Source of the DNA: Sandaracinaceae bacterium
GTDB lineage: Bacteria; Myxococcota_A; Polyangia; Polyangiales; Sandaracinaceae
Direction: 5' to 3'
Length of the DNA: 64,000 nucleotides
Assembly: GCA_044220955.1 (NCBI GenBank)
Contig: JBGAQA010000028.1
Span: 1-64,000, forward strand
This document shows, in pieces, positions 1 to 9,936 of this stretch (within the stretch, counting starts at the first letter, position 1; each line of letters begins with the position of its first letter). Below the pieces are notes generated by a model. It saw nothing but the letters and a program-made list of their open reading frames with translations, was not told where the DNA came from and ran no database searches. Made by a program: the position numbers and the translations under genes.

Positions 1-503
1 GCCGCCCCCGGCGCCAGCCCCAGGAGCAGATCGAGCGCGCGCTCCTCGATCGAGAGGGGCGAGACCGGCAGGAGCGAGGCCGCATCGCCGTAGAGCGCAT
101 GCCGGGCGCGCGCGATCTGCGCCGGTGAGCACATCTCGTCGTGCAGGAGCTGGGGGATCACCCGCACGTCCCCAACGTCGAGCACCCCGTTCGCCTCGGC
201 CCACTCCGGCCAGTCGGGCTGCGCGGCGAGCAGGGCCGTTCGCAGGGCCGAGGGCGCGAGGCTCGCACCCCGGCGGAAGCCTGCGCCGACGTCGGAGGGC
301 ACGCCGAGCACGACGACCCGGGCCCGCGCGAGACGGCCCAGGTTGTCCTCGAAGCGCCTCTGCACTTCGTCGTCGGTTCCCGCACGGTAGAGGGCACGCT
401 GGAGCGCCAGCTGCTCGCGCCGGCCGGTCGTGACGAGGTGGATGCCGCCACCCGCTGGGCGCAGCAACTGCGCGAGCTCGAGGGCCGGTGCGAGCGCGGT
501 CAT
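1..503 (-). CDS. Arginase/agmatinase (ureohydrolase) family protein, runs off the window start
   Basis: Not in the ORF track; translated by hand from ATG 503: MTALAPALELAQLLRPAGGGIHLVTTG...VVVLGVPSDVGAGFRRGASLAPSALR...VLDVGDV. GxPxD-x-G..RxGA..xP..R and DxGD are ureohydrolase N-terminal motifs. Confidence 0.8.
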   Translation of the reverse strand, partial: MTALAPALELAQLLRPAGGGIHLVTTGRREQLALQRALYRAGTDDEVQRRFEDNLGRLARARVVVLGVPSDVGAGFRRGASLAPSALRTALLAAQPDWPEWAEANGVLDVGDVRVIPQLLHDEMCSPAQIARARHALYGDAASLLPVSPLSIEERALDLLLGLAPGA

Positions 504-528
504 CGCACTGCACCATACTCGGGCCGCG

Positions 529-1536
529 ATGCGCACGCCCGAGGTCAGCGTCGTCCTGCCGTTCCGGGACGTGGAGGCGAGCCTGGCCGAGGCGCTCGAG
601 AGCGTGCTGGCCGAGCACACCGTCGAGCTCGAGCTCGTGGCGATCGACGACGGCTCGCACGACGGCTCCTCGGCGATCGCGGCGGCGGCCGCGGCGCGCG
701 ATCGACGGGTCCGGGTGCTCCCGGGTCCGCGCAGAGGGATCGCGCAGGCGCTCGCCGTCGGGCTCGCGGCGGCGCGCGCCCCCTTCGTCGCTCGGATGGA
801 CGGCGACGACGTGTCGCTCCCGGGACGGCTGCCCGCGCAGCTCGCGCGGATGCGTGCCGAGCCGGCCCTGGCGGTGCTCGGCACCCGCGTGGATCCCTTC
901 CCCGACGACGCCGTCGGCGACGGCCTCCGGCGCTACGTGGGCTGGCAGAACGCGCTCGTCACGCCCGAGGACCACGCACGCGAGGTCTTCGTCGAGGCAC
1001 CGCTCTGCCACCCCTCGACGATGCTGCGTGTCGAGGCGCTGCGCGCGATCGGTGGCTACCGGGACGGGGCGTTTCCCGAGGACTACGACCTCTGGCTGCG
1101 CCTGGCCCTCGCCGGCCATGCGATGGCGAAGCTCGAGCGCGTCGGCCTCCGATGGCGGCACCGAGCGGGCCGGCTCACGTTCACCGACCCGCGCTACTCG
1201 ACCGAGAACATCCGCGCCCTCAAGGCCCAGCACCTCGCGGGCCGGCTCGAGCGCGAGCCACGCGCCGTGGTGATCTGGGGCGCAGGCCCCTTCGGCCGAC
1301 GGCTCGCCCGCGCGCTCGAGCCCCACGGCACGGTCGTGGCGCGCTTCGTCGACGTCGATCCACGCAAGATCGGCCGCCGAGCGCGAGGCGCGCCGATCAC
1401 CGACGCCGCGGGCCTCGATCCCGCACACCACTTCGTCGTGTTCGCCGTCGGCTCCGCGGGGGCGCGCGCGCTCGTGCGCGCCGCCCTCGACACGCTCGGC
1501 TTCGTCGAGGGGCGCGACTTCCTATGCGCCGCGTGA
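529..1536 (+). CDS. Glycosyltransferase family 2 with C-terminal Rossmann-like domain
   Basis: VSVVLPFRD, IDDGSHDGS, ARMDGDD, HPS, EDYDLWLR; C-terminal IWGAGPFG. ATG 529 preferred. Confidence 0.9.
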   Translation: MRTPEVSVVLPFRDVEASLAEALESVLAEHTVELELVAIDDGSHDGSSAIAAAAAARDRRVRVLPGPRRGIAQALAVGLAAARAPFVARMDGDDVSLPGRLPAQLARMRAEPALAVLGTRVDPFPDDAVGDGLRRYVGWQNALVTPEDHAREVFVEAPLCHPSTMLRVEALRAIGGYRDGAFPEDYDLWLRLALAGHAMAKLERVGLRWRHRAGRLTFTDPRYSTENIRALKAQHLAGRLEREPRAVVIWGAGPFGRRLARALEPHGTVVARFVDVDPRKIGRRARGAPITDAAGLDPAHHFVVFAVGSAGARALVRAALDTLGFVEGRDFLCAA

Positions 1537-1788
1537 CGCGGCCTCGAGGCGCAGTCGATCCTCGCGCCGCAGGTTGATCAAGCGCGCGCGGATCTCGAAC
1601 GTGCCGTCGGGCATCCGCTTGCTCCCGGTCGCGCGACCCTCGATCTGGATCTCGAGCTCGCCGATCGTCAGGCTGCCCCGGATGGGCGTCCCCGGCGCGA
1701 ACGGGCGCGAGACGCGGGCGACGAGGAACTCACCGTCGAACGACACCGCGCTGCCGTCGGCCGCCTCGATACGCGCAGGCCCGATCAA
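1522..1788 (-). CDS. Small hypothetical protein, possibly PilZ-like beta fold
   Basis: TTG start overlaps the smpB stop; GC3-biased codons; beta-rich with a terminal helix (INLRREDRLRL). Confidence 0.6.
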   Translation of the reverse strand: MIGPARIEAADGSAVSFDGEFLVARVSRPFAPGTPIRGSLTIGELEIQIEGRATGSKRMPDGTFEIRARLINLRREDRLRLEAASRGA

Positions 1789-2273
1789 CGCCGCCTCGCG
1801 CGCTGCACGGCCTCGCGCGCCTCGTCGCGCTCGACCTTGGCCTTCATCTTCTCGCGCTCGTCACCGAGCTTGCGGCCCTTGCCGAGCCCGATCTCGCACT
1901 TGGCCCAGCTCCCCTTGAAGTACACGCGCGTGGGGACCAGGGCGTAGCCCCGCAGGGTGATCTTGCCCGACCACTTTTCGATCTCGCGCGCATTGGCCAG
2001 GAGCTTGCGTGTGCGGCGCGGATCGTGGGGGAACGCAGCCGCGGGATCGTAGGGCGCGACGTACATGCCGACCAGGAAGAGCTCCCCGTTCAACAGGCGC
2101 GCGTGCGCCCCCTCGAGGTCGGCGCCGTTCTTCCGGAGGCTCTTCACCTCGGAGCCCGTCAGCACGAGGCCACACTCGAGGCGGTCCTCGATCTCGTAGC
2201 GCTGGGTGGCCTTGGGATTACGACAGACCAGACTCTCGGTCTTCTTGCCGTCATCCTTCCGCGGGCCGTTCAT
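1785..2273 (-). CDS. smpB: SsrA-binding protein SmpB
   Basis: NPKA..RYEI..RLECGLVLTGSEVKSLR, HDPRRTRKLL, GKGRKLGDERE; GGAGG SD upstream of ATG 2273. Confidence 0.97.
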   Translation of the reverse strand: MNGPRKDDGKKTESLVCRNPKATQRYEIEDRLECGLVLTGSEVKSLRKNGADLEGAHARLLNGELFLVGMYVAPYDPAAAFPHDPRRTRKLLANAREIEKWSGKITLRGYALVPTRVYFKGSWAKCEIGLGKGRKLGDEREKMKAKVERDEAREAVQRARRR

Positions 2274-3171
2274 GGTGGGGCGCCTCCATAGCAGATCGTT
2301 CGCTCCCGTTCTCGCGCTCACGCTCCTCGCGGGGTGTGGCGGTCCCAGGCGCGCGGTGCGCGACCCGACCGACTACCTCGCGGTCGGCGTGGAGCCCCGT
2401 GTCGAGGCACGAACGCTCGAGGACGGGCTCGCACACGACGGCTACCGGCTGGCGAGCGAGGCGAGCGGCGAGGGCTGGTCCGCGTTCGCGATGACACGCT
2501 CGGACGGGAGCTCGCTCGCGCGCGTCGTGTCGCGCCGCGGCGTGGTCGTCGCGCTGGACGAGGGCCCGACGCCCGTGGCCCCGGCACGCGGGCTGCTCGC
2601 GGTCGACGCCGGCGCCAGCGGCACGGACGTCGATCACGACGGGACCCCCGACGTCGTCCTCGCACGCCAGGAGACCGGCCGCGCTTGCCTCTTGCTCGTC
2701 GGCATCGACGCGGACGGCGGTGCGCGCCCGCTCGTGGTCGACACCGCGAACCTCGCGCTCGACGTCTGCCTCGAGGCCGTGCGGGACGTGGACGGGAACG
2801 ACGCGCCCGAGGCGATCGTGCGCGTGCGCTCCCCGGCGCTCGCGCGCGCCACGATCCCGGTCGCCGACCTCCCGCTCGAGCGCGACGCGACGGGGGTCTT
2901 CCGGCGCGTCGACCCCGCCGCCCGCTTCGTCGCCGACGAGCGCGCCGCGAGGCAGGCGCGCCTGACGGCCGCGCGGAGCGCCCCGGACGCGGAGGCGGTC
3001 TACGCCGCGGCCGTCGAGCTCGCGCTCGTGTCGTTCGTCGCCGGCGAGGCGAGCGACGTCCAGGTGACCGCGTTCGACGAGGCCATGAGCGGTGTGGTCC
3101 TCGACGTCGATCTGTTGACCGCCGTGCACTTCGCGCGTGCCGAGATCGCGGCCGGCCGCATCGCCCGCTGA
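2272..3171 (+). CDS. Putative lipoprotein with DxDxDG Ca-binding loops
   Basis: Signal peptide ending in lipobox LAGC; DVDHDGTPD and DVDGNDAPE motifs. Start uncertain. Confidence 0.7.
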   Translation: MVGRLHSRSFAPVLALTLLAGCGGPRRAVRDPTDYLAVGVEPRVEARTLEDGLAHDGYRLASEASGEGWSAFAMTRSDGSSLARVVSRRGVVVALDEGPTPVAPARGLLAVDAGASGTDVDHDGTPDVVLARQETGRACLLLVGIDADGGARPLVVDTANLALDVCLEAVRDVDGNDAPEAIVRVRSPALARATIPVADLPLERDATGVFRRVDPAARFVADERAARQARLTAARSAPDAEAVYAAAVELALVSFVAGEASDVQVTAFDEAMSGVVLDVDLLTAVHFARAEIAAGRIAR

Positions 3172-3222
3172 GCCTCCCTCCGGCTTGCGAGCCGCGCGTT
3201 CCCCTGCAACCGTCGGCGCGCC

Positions 3223-4548
3223 ATGCAACCGACCGCGCGCTTCTCCTGCTTCGCCGGCTGCGACGAGCACTACCCGCTCGACGAGATCGTCTACCGCTGC
3301 AAGCGCTGCGGAGCGCTGCTCGACGTCGAGCACGACGTCGATGCCCTGCGCGAGCGCAGCGCCGCCGCCTGGATGCAGCTCTTCGACCGCCGGTGGATGC
3401 GCACCGAGTGGCCCTACGGCAGCGGCGTGTGGGGCAAGCTCGAGTGGGTCTACCCCGGGATCGATCCGAGCAGCATCGTCAGCTTCGCCGAGGGCGGCTC
3501 GAACCTGCTCTGGGCCGAGCGCTACGGTCGCTCGCTCGGCGTCTCCGAGCTCTGGATCAAGCAGTGCGGCAACAGCCACACGGGCTCGTTCAAGGATCTC
3601 GGCATGACGGTCCTCGTGTCCGCGGTGCGCGAGATGATCCGGCGGGGCCGCGGTGTGCGCGCGATCGCGTGCGCGTCGACGGGCGACACCTCGGCCGCGC
3701 TCGCGGCCTACTGCGCGGCGGCGGAGCTGCCCGCGCTCGTGCTCTTGCCGCGCGACAAGGTCTCGATCGCGCAGCTGCTCCAGCCGCTCGCGAACGGCGC
3801 GCTCGTGCTCTCTCTCGACACCGACTTCGACGGATGCATGCGGGTCGTCCGGGAGCTCACCCTGGACGGCTCGATCTACCTCGCCAACTCGATGAACAGC
3901 CTGCGCGTCGAGGGGCAGAAGACGATCGCGGTCGAGCTGGTGCAGCAGTTCGACTGGGCTGTGCCCGACTGGATCGTGATCCCGGGCGGAAACCTCGGGA
4001 ACGTGTACGCGCTCGGCAAGGGCCTGCTGCTGATGCGTGATCTCGGCATGATCTCCAAGCTGCCTCGCATCTGCGTCGCCCAGGCGGCGCGGGCGAACCC
4101 GCTCTACCGGGCGTTCAAGACGGGCTTCGCCACGTACGAGGCGATGCGGGCCGAGAAGACCGCCGCGAGCGCCATCCAGATCGGCGACCCCGTGAGCATC
4201 GACCGGGCGATCCGCGTGCTGAAGGCGGTCGACGGCGTCGTCGAGGAAGCCAGCGAGGACGAGCTGGCCGACGCCGTCGCGCGCGCCGACAGGACGGGGA
4301 TGTACAACTGCCCGCACACCGGCGTCGCGCTCGGCGCGCTCGAGAAGCTCGTGAAGGCGGGCACGATCGGGTCGCGCGATCGCGTCGTCGTGATCAGCAC
4401 CGCCCACGGGCTCAAGTTCACCGAGTTCAAGCGCGCGTACCACGCGAGCACCCTCGAGGGCGCGCGCTCGCGACAGGCGAACGTGCCGGTCGAGCTGCCC
4501 GCCGAGATCGGCGCCGTCCGGAAGGCGATCGACGCCCGCCTGGGGTGA
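3223..4548 (+). CDS. thrC: Threonine synthase (PLP-dependent)
   Basis: [35 protein letters not shown]. Confidence 0.95.
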   Translation: MQPTARFSCFAGCDEHYPLDEIVYRCKRCGALLDVEHDVDALRERSAAAWMQLFDRRWMRTEWPYGSGVWGKLEWVYPGIDPSSIVSFAEGGSNLLWAERYGRSLGVSELWIKQCGNSHTGSFKDLGMTVLVSAVREMIRRGRGVRAIACASTGDTSAALAAYCAAAELPALVLLPRDKVSIAQLLQPLANGALVLSLDTDFDGCMRVVRELTLDGSIYLANSMNSLRVEGQKTIAVELVQQFDWAVPDWIVIPGGNLGNVYALGKGLLLMRDLGMISKLPRICVAQAARANPLYRAFKTGFATYEAMRAEKTAASAIQIGDPVSIDRAIRVLKAVDGVVEEASEDELADAVARADRTGMYNCPHTGVALGALEKLVKAGTIGSRDRVVVISTAHGLKFTEFKRAYHASTLEGARSRQANVPVELPAEIGAVRKAIDARLG

Positions 4549-4551
4549 GCG

Positions 4552-5304
4552 CTACTCGTCGTCCGCGTCGCCGCCGCGCCCGCCCATGAGCGCCGCGAGG
4601 GCCCCGGGGCTCCGGCCGATCTCCTCGGCGAAGCCCTGCATCAGCCGCGCGATGGCCGGGCTGCTGGCGAGCGCGTCGAGGTCGAGCCCGCGCTCCGCCG
4701 CTCCCTCGAGCTCGCGCTGCGTCTCCGGGCTCGCGGCGATCGTGCCGGCCAGCCGCTCGATCACGCCGCGCAGCTCGGGCGACGCGAGCAGCGAGCCCAG
4801 GTCGATGGGCATGTCCGTCTCCGTCTCGCCGGGGTCGCCGTCCTCTTCGCCGTCCATCTGCGTCGCCGTGAGGTCGTCGTCGCCCTCATCGCCTCCGGGC
4901 GCCGCCCCGAGCAAGGTCGCCAGCATCGACGGCGAGATCGGCTGGCCGGCGAGGGCCTGCGCGAGCAGGTCGTCCATGCCGAGCGCGCGGTCCTCCATCG
5001 TCCCGATCTCGGCGACGGCGGCGCGCCGGACCCACATCCCGGCCTCGCCGATCGCAGCGACCACCGCGTCGAAGGTGCGCTGCGCGAGCGCCTCTTCGAG
5101 CGCGACGTCCGGCACGACGAAGACGCCCCGCGCATCGTCCCCGAAGGCCTCGCCGAGGCGGCTCGCGAGGGCTGCCGCGAGATCCTCGGGCTCGAGGTCG
5201 AACCGGATCGCCGTGCGCACGAGCGCGGCGTCGTCGAGCACGTGTCCCGTCAGACCTGCGGGCACCTTCGCGCCCCGCACCAGGGCGATCGCGTGGATCG
5301 GCAT
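4552..5304 (-). CDS. Hypothetical acidic protein
   Basis: 250-aa ORF with coding-like GC3; TAGCGT -10-like box 7 nt before the ATG. Confidence 0.7.
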   Translation of the reverse strand: MPIHAIALVRGAKVPAGLTGHVLDDAALVRTAIRFDLEPEDLAAALASRLGEAFGDDARGVFVVPDVALEEALAQRTFDAVVAAIGEAGMWVRRAAVAEIGTMEDRALGMDDLLAQALAGQPISPSMLATLLGAAPGGDEGDDDLTATQMDGEEDGDPGETETDMPIDLGSLLASPELRGVIERLAGTIAASPETQRELEGAAERGLDLDALASSPAIARLMQGFAEEIGRSPGALAALMGGRGGDADDE

Positions 5305-5379
5305 CGGCCTGACGCTACCACGCCCGCCCCCTCGTATCGCTGCGCGAGAAGCGCCGTCCCGATTTCGGGACCCGCTCCT

Positions 5380-5877
5380 TCAGATCACGGTGCAGGCGGA
5401 GAACGTCAGCAGCACGTCGGCGCTCACGGTCTCGGTCGCGTGCGTGAGGGGGCAGTCGTTCGCGGTGATCGTCACGCTGCCGCGCGTCTCGTCGATCGCG
5501 GTGAGGTCCACGCGACACGTGCCCGAGTACTCGGTGCCGCCCAGGTCCGCCATGATGTCTCCAGCGTCCGGCGCGTCGGAGTGCGCCATGATCGACATCG
5601 AGCGCACTGCGTGGCCGGTGCCCTGCGAGTCGCCGTAGAGGTCGACCACGACGCCGTAGACGCCGGCGGCGCCGCGGCTGATCGTGCACGCGCCGCTGTT
5701 CGTGCCCATCCCGCCGTTCAGGTGCACGCCGGACGGGAAGCGGAAGCCGGTGCTGGTGCCGCTCGCGTCGGTGACGATGGCGTTGCCGCCGACGACCAGC
5801 CCACCGCCGCCGCAGCCCGCGACGGACAGCATCGCGGCGACGAACGTCAGCAGGGGGGCGAGGGTCTTGCGGGTCAT
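5380..5877 (-). CDS. Putative lipoprotein
   Basis: AGGAG SD, MTRKTLAPLL...SVAGC lipobox, beta-rich body with paired Cys. Confidence 0.75.
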   Translation of the reverse strand: MTRKTLAPLLTFVAAMLSVAGCGGGGLVVGGNAIVTDASGTSTGFRFPSGVHLNGGMGTNSGACTISRGAAGVYGVVVDLYGDSQGTGHAVRSMSIMAHSDAPDAGDIMADLGGTEYSGTCRVDLTAIDETRGSVTITANDCPLTHATETVSADVLLTFSACTVI

Positions 5878-6003
5878 GGCGAGTCTCCTGGGGGGGTCCC
5901 CAAGCGAGTACCGTGCCACGACGCGTGTCCGCCAGAAAGCCGCCCACCAGGGCGCGACCGAGGCGCGCCGTTCACAGCCCGACGGGTGGGCGTGAACTCC
6001 GAG

Positions 6004-6426
6004 TCACTCGCCCGGGCGCAGGATCGCGAGGGCCACGGCCGCCCCTCCGAGGACCGCGTACGTGACCGCGATGCCGACGAAGACGCCGGGCGGCACCGGC
6101 ACGCCCTGCGATGCCTTGCGCACCCGCCCGACGAGCACGCCGTGGAGCCCTCCGAGCACGAAGCCGATCACCAGCTTCACGTGCATCCACGGGGCGTGGG
6201 CGTAGTAGGTGCCCCACGCCGGGACGAGGCGGGCGAGCCCACCGACCGTGGCGAGCACGATGCCCGGGGCCACGATCGCGAGCAGCGCGCTCCGCACGGA
6301 CGAGAGCGCCTTCGTCTCGCCGGCCGCGACGAGGCTCGCAGCCATCCACGACGCCGTCGCCGCGCCCCCGATCCACAGGAGCAGCCCGAGGAAGTGCACG
6401 ACCAGGGAGAGCTGCGCTCCGCTCAT
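6004..6426 (-). CDS. HemJ/CopD-family membrane protein (possible protoporphyrinogen IX oxidase)
   Basis: About 4 TM helices, N-terminal HFLGLLLW, WMHVKL motif; ATGA overlap with the upstream GNAT gene. Confidence 0.65.
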   Translation of the reverse strand: MSGAQLSLVVHFLGLLLWIGGAATASWMAASLVAAGETKALSSVRSALLAIVAPGIVLATVGGLARLVPAWGTYYAHAPWMHVKLVIGFVLGGLHGVLVGRVRKASQGVPVPPGVFVGIAVTYAVLGGAAVALAILRPGE

Positions 6427-7559
6427 GGCGCGAGGGACTTCTCGTAGATCCGGTAGGTCTTGTAGATGCGCGCGCCCATCGACTTGATGCCGAGGTTGAT
6501 CGGACGGTTGTCCTCGAGCGTCCAGCTCAGCTCGCCCCAGCGGTAGCCACGCTTCTCGCCGCGCTTGGCCACCTCGACGTAGAGCGCGTGGGAGAGCCCG
6601 GCGTAGCGCTTCACGCCGCGCATCTCCGAGCTGATGCCGAGCATCATCAGGCGCGCGCTCTTGGGCCGCTTCACCTTCAAGCGGTAGACGAGCTTGGCGA
6701 CGTTGACCGGTGTCAGCCGTCCGCGGAAGTCGCGGATGACCTCGTTCAGGTTCGGCAGCGCGATGCACATGCCGACGGCCTTCCCGTCGACCTCGGCGAT
6801 GAAGGCCATCTCCGGGTCGAGGATGAGCTTGAGGTCCTCGGCCGTCTTCTTCACCTCGTCCTCGGTCGCCGGGACGTGCCCCCAGTTGCCCTCCCAGGCG
6901 TCGTTGAAGATGTCCTGGATCATGCGCAGCTCGCGCTCCATGTGCTTGGGCTGGACGGAGCGGAGCCGCACTTCCGGCAGCGCCTTGGTCTCCGCCCACG
7001 CCCTCTCGGCGCGCGCGGGGATCGCGCCCACGTCGAAGCGCCACGCGTAGAGATCCTTGGCCTTCACGAGCCCGGCCGACTTCGCGACGCGGTCCTGCCA
7101 CGTGCGCGCGTGCTGCATGAGCAGCTGCGGCGGCGTGTCGAAGCCGTCGACCAACGTGCCGACCTCCTCGTACATGGTCAGCGAGAGGGGCCCGCGCATC
7201 GTGGTCATGCCGCGCTGCGCGAGCCAGCGGGCGGCGCGATCCACCAGCGCCTGGCCGACCTCGTCGTCGTCGATGGTGTCGAAGAACCCGAAGAAGCCGG
7301 TCTTGTCCTTGTAGCGATGCAGGTGCTCGTGATCGAGCTGCGCCGAGATGCGCCCCGCGAGCTTGCCGTTCTTCCAGGCGGTGAAGAGCGCGAGCTCACC
7401 GCGCTTGAAGAACGGGTTCTTCCCAGGCGTCAGCCGCGCCTTGAGGTCGAAGTGCAGGGGCTCGACCCAGTTCGGATCGCCCGCGTACACCACCTCGCTG
7501 ACGCGCATGAAGTCGGCGATGTCCCTGCCGGGCGTGTGCTCTCGGATCTCGATGGCCAT
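6423..7559 (-). CDS. GNAT acyltransferase, bacterial ceramide synthase (bCerS)/YghO-like family, copy 1
   Basis: DPNWVEPL..NPFF..GRISAQ..GPLSL..EEVGTLVDGFDTPP..ELSWTLEDN..YKTYRIYEK. Confidence 0.75.
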   Translation of the reverse strand: MAIEIREHTPGRDIADFMRVSEVVYAGDPNWVEPLHFDLKARLTPGKNPFFKRGELALFTAWKNGKLAGRISAQLDHEHLHRYKDKTGFFGFFDTIDDDEVGQALVDRAARWLAQRGMTTMRGPLSLTMYEEVGTLVDGFDTPPQLLMQHARTWQDRVAKSAGLVKAKDLYAWRFDVGAIPARAERAWAETKALPEVRLRSVQPKHMERELRMIQDIFNDAWEGNWGHVPATEDEVKKTAEDLKLILDPEMAFIAEVDGKAVGMCIALPNLNEVIRDFRGRLTPVNVAKLVYRLKVKRPKSARLMMLGISSEMRGVKRYAGLSHALYVEVAKRGEKRGYRWGELSWTLEDNRPINLGIKSMGARIYKTYRIYEKSLAP

Positions 7560-7589
7560 GTCGGGCCGCGGGCTACCACGGCGATTCGC

Positions 7590-8024
7590 TCAATGCGAGT
7601 ACGGCTCGTTCCGCAGGATCGTGAACGCGCGGTAGATCTGCTCGACGAGGAAGAGCCGCGCGAGGCGGTGCGGCAGCGTCAGGTCCGAGAGCGAGAGCAG
7701 GAGGGCCGCCTCGTCCGAGATCGCACGCGGCAGTCCGTAGGACCCGCCGATCAGGAACACCAGGGCCGGGACCGCGCCGCTCTCGCACTGCCCGACGAAA
7801 CGCGCGAGCGCCTGCGACGTCATCCGCTGCCCTTCGACCTCGAGCGCGACGACCCGCGCGCGCTCGGGGATCGCCTTGCGCATCCGTGCCTCGACCGTGT
7901 CGTCGTCCGTCAGCTCCACCTGGCTCACCTTCGCGTAGTGGCCGATGCGCTCGACGTAGTCCGCGATCAGATCCCGCAGCCCGCGATCCTTGATCTTGCC
8001 CACGGAAACGACCACGACACGCAC
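7590..8024 (-). CDS. rlmH: 23S rRNA m3Psi1915 methyltransferase RlmH
   Basis: VSVGKIK, FLIGGSYGL, LTLPHRLARLFLVEQIYRA..EPYSH; GTG start at 8024. Confidence 0.95.
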   Translation of the reverse strand: MRVVVVSVGKIKDRGLRDLIADYVERIGHYAKVSQVELTDDDTVEARMRKAIPERARVVALEVEGQRMTSQALARFVGQCESGAVPALVFLIGGSYGLPRAISDEAALLLSLSDLTLPHRLARLFLVEQIYRAFTILRNEPYSH

Positions 8025-8068
8025 GCCGACAGGGTGCCGAGCGGAGCTCGGACGATCAACCCGACGCG

Positions 8069-8572
8069 TCAGCCGGCGGCGACCGGAACGCGCGCGGCGT
8101 CCATCCAGAGCGACTCGATGTCGTAGTACCCGCGGACGTCCTCGTGGAAGATGTGGACGACGACGTCCCCGAAGTCCATGAGCACCCAGCGCCCTTGGCT
8201 GGCGCCCTCGACGCCGAGACACTTCGTCTTCGTCTTCGCCTCGACGTCCTCCTCGATGCCGCGCGCGAGCGCCGCCACCTGTCGATCGCTACGGCCGCTC
8301 ATCACGACCAGATAGTCCGCGTAGTCGACCTTGCCGAGCACGTCGATGATCTCGACGTTGACGGCCTTCTTGTCGAGCCCCGCCTCCGCGATCGCGAGGG
8401 CCACGCGCTTGGCGCCCTGGGCCTCGGGGGCCGGGATCTTCTTCGCCCGGGCCGTCGGGGCCTTCGGGGGGGCCTTCGGCTTCTTCGATGCCGGCTTGCT
8501 CGCCACGGGCTTGCTCGGCTTCGTCGCAGCCGCCCTCGCGGGCTTCCTCGTCGCGGTCTTCTTGTCGCTCAT
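8069..8572 (-). CDS. rsfS: Ribosome silencing factor RsfS with Lys/Ala/Pro-rich N-terminal extension
   Basis: DKKA..ADYLVVMSGRSDRQV..WVLMDFGDVVVHIF..RGYYDIESLW. Confidence 0.95.
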   Translation of the reverse strand: MSDKKTATRKPARAAATKPSKPVASKPASKKPKAPPKAPTARAKKIPAPEAQGAKRVALAIAEAGLDKKAVNVEIIDVLGKVDYADYLVVMSGRSDRQVAALARGIEEDVEAKTKTKCLGVEGASQGRWVLMDFGDVVVHIFHEDVRGYYDIESLWMDAARVPVAAG

Positions 8573-9820
8573 TCAGCCTCTCGTCTGTCCCGTTCCGAGA
8601 CCCACCCACTTCTTGGTCGTCAGCTCCGCGGCCCCCATTGCACCATAGGCGTGCAGCTTGGTGGTGGAGATCCCGATCTCCGCGCCCAGCCCGAGCTCGC
8701 CCCCGTCGTTGAAGCGGGTCGAAGCGTTCACCAGCACGAGGCTCGCGTCCACCTCGGAGATCCAGCGATCCGCGCGATCCCCGCGCTGCGTCACGATCGC
8801 CTCCGTGTGCATCGTGCCGTGCCGGGCGACGTGCGCCAGCGCGCCATCGATCCCGTCGACGACGGCGATCGAGAGCACCAGGCCGAGGTACTCGGTGTCC
8901 CAGTCGGCCTCGGTCGCCGGGTGCATCGACACGACCGCGCGCGCGCGATCGCAGCCACGGAGCTCGACGCCCGCGTCGCGGAGCCGGGCGGCGACGCGCG
9001 GAAGGAACGCGTGCGCGCACTCGGCGTCGACCAGCAACGTCTCCATGGCGTTGCAGACACCCGGGCGGCTCGTCTTGGCGTCGATGACGATCCGCTCGGC
9101 CATGTCGAGGTCGGCGGCACCGTCGACGAAGACGTGGCAGACCCCCTTGAAGTGCTGGATGACCGGGACGCGCGCGTGCTCGGTGACGAAACGGATGAGC
9201 CCCTCGCCGCCGCGCGGGATGAGCACATCGACCAGGCCGCTGAGCTGCGTGATCTCGCGGAGCACGTCGCGGCTCGTCTCTTCGACGAACGAGACGGCCG
9301 CAGGGTCGATCGCCGCCTCGCGGAGCGCATGACCGAAACAGCCGGCGATCGCTCGGTTCGAACGGAGCGCCTCCGAGCCGCCGCGGAGCAGGCACGCGTT
9401 GCCGCTCTTGAGACAGAGCGCAGCCGCCTCCGCCGTCACGTTCGGGCGGGACTCGTAGACGATGGCGACGAGGCCCAGAGGGACGCTCATGCGCCCGACC
9501 CGCAGCCCGTTCGGGCGGGCCTCGAGCGAGTCGATCCGGCCGACCGGGTCCGACTGCGCCGCGACCGCGCGCACGGCGGCGGACATCCCCTCGATCCTGC
9601 TGCGATCCAGGCGGAGCCGGTCGCGCATCGCCGGCGTGATCCCCGCCTCGTCCGCGCCGGCCAGATCCGCGGCGTTCGCGGCCAGGATGTCCTCGGCGTC
9701 ACGCTCGATCCGGGCCGCGGCGGCCTCGAGGATCGCTCGCTTGGCCCCGGCCGAGGCGCGGGCCAGCAGGGGCTGGGTCGCGCGGGCACGCAGGGCGGTG
9801 GCGCGGATCTCGGTCGTCAC
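8573..9820 (-). CDS. proA: Gamma-glutamyl phosphate reductase
   Basis: VPLG..IVYESRPNVT, LRGGSEA, CNAMETLL, GAEIGISTTKLHAYG. GTG 9820 (or ATG 9832). Confidence 0.96.
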   Translation of the reverse strand: MTTEIRATALRARATQPLLARASAGAKRAILEAAAARIERDAEDILAANAADLAGADEAGITPAMRDRLRLDRSRIEGMSAAVRAVAAQSDPVGRIDSLEARPNGLRVGRMSVPLGLVAIVYESRPNVTAEAAALCLKSGNACLLRGGSEALRSNRAIAGCFGHALREAAIDPAAVSFVEETSRDVLREITQLSGLVDVLIPRGGEGLIRFVTEHARVPVIQHFKGVCHVFVDGAADLDMAERIVIDAKTSRPGVCNAMETLLVDAECAHAFLPRVAARLRDAGVELRGCDRARAVVSMHPATEADWDTEYLGLVLSIAVVDGIDGALAHVARHGTMHTEAIVTQRGDRADRWISEVDASLVLVNASTRFNDGGELGLGAEIGISTTKLHAYGAMGAAELTTKKWVGLGTGQTRG

Positions 9821-9936
9821 GCGCAGGTGCATAGCACGTGCGCCGGCTGCGAAACCGCCTTCGCAGCACGTGAAAAACCGCAAGGCCCGGGCTGCTGTGC
9901 GCCGGCCGCGTGGTACATCACGCGGCCTCGAGAGCC

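Noticed and set aside
1785..2330. tmRNA (ssrA) beside smpB
   Set aside because: Both flanks are occupied by CDS, and no tRNA-like ends or tag ORF were found.
9862..9879. gcagCACGTGAAAaac as a parS site
   Set aside because: Only the right half resembles TGTTTCACGTGAAACA, it is not palindromic, and it is a single copy.
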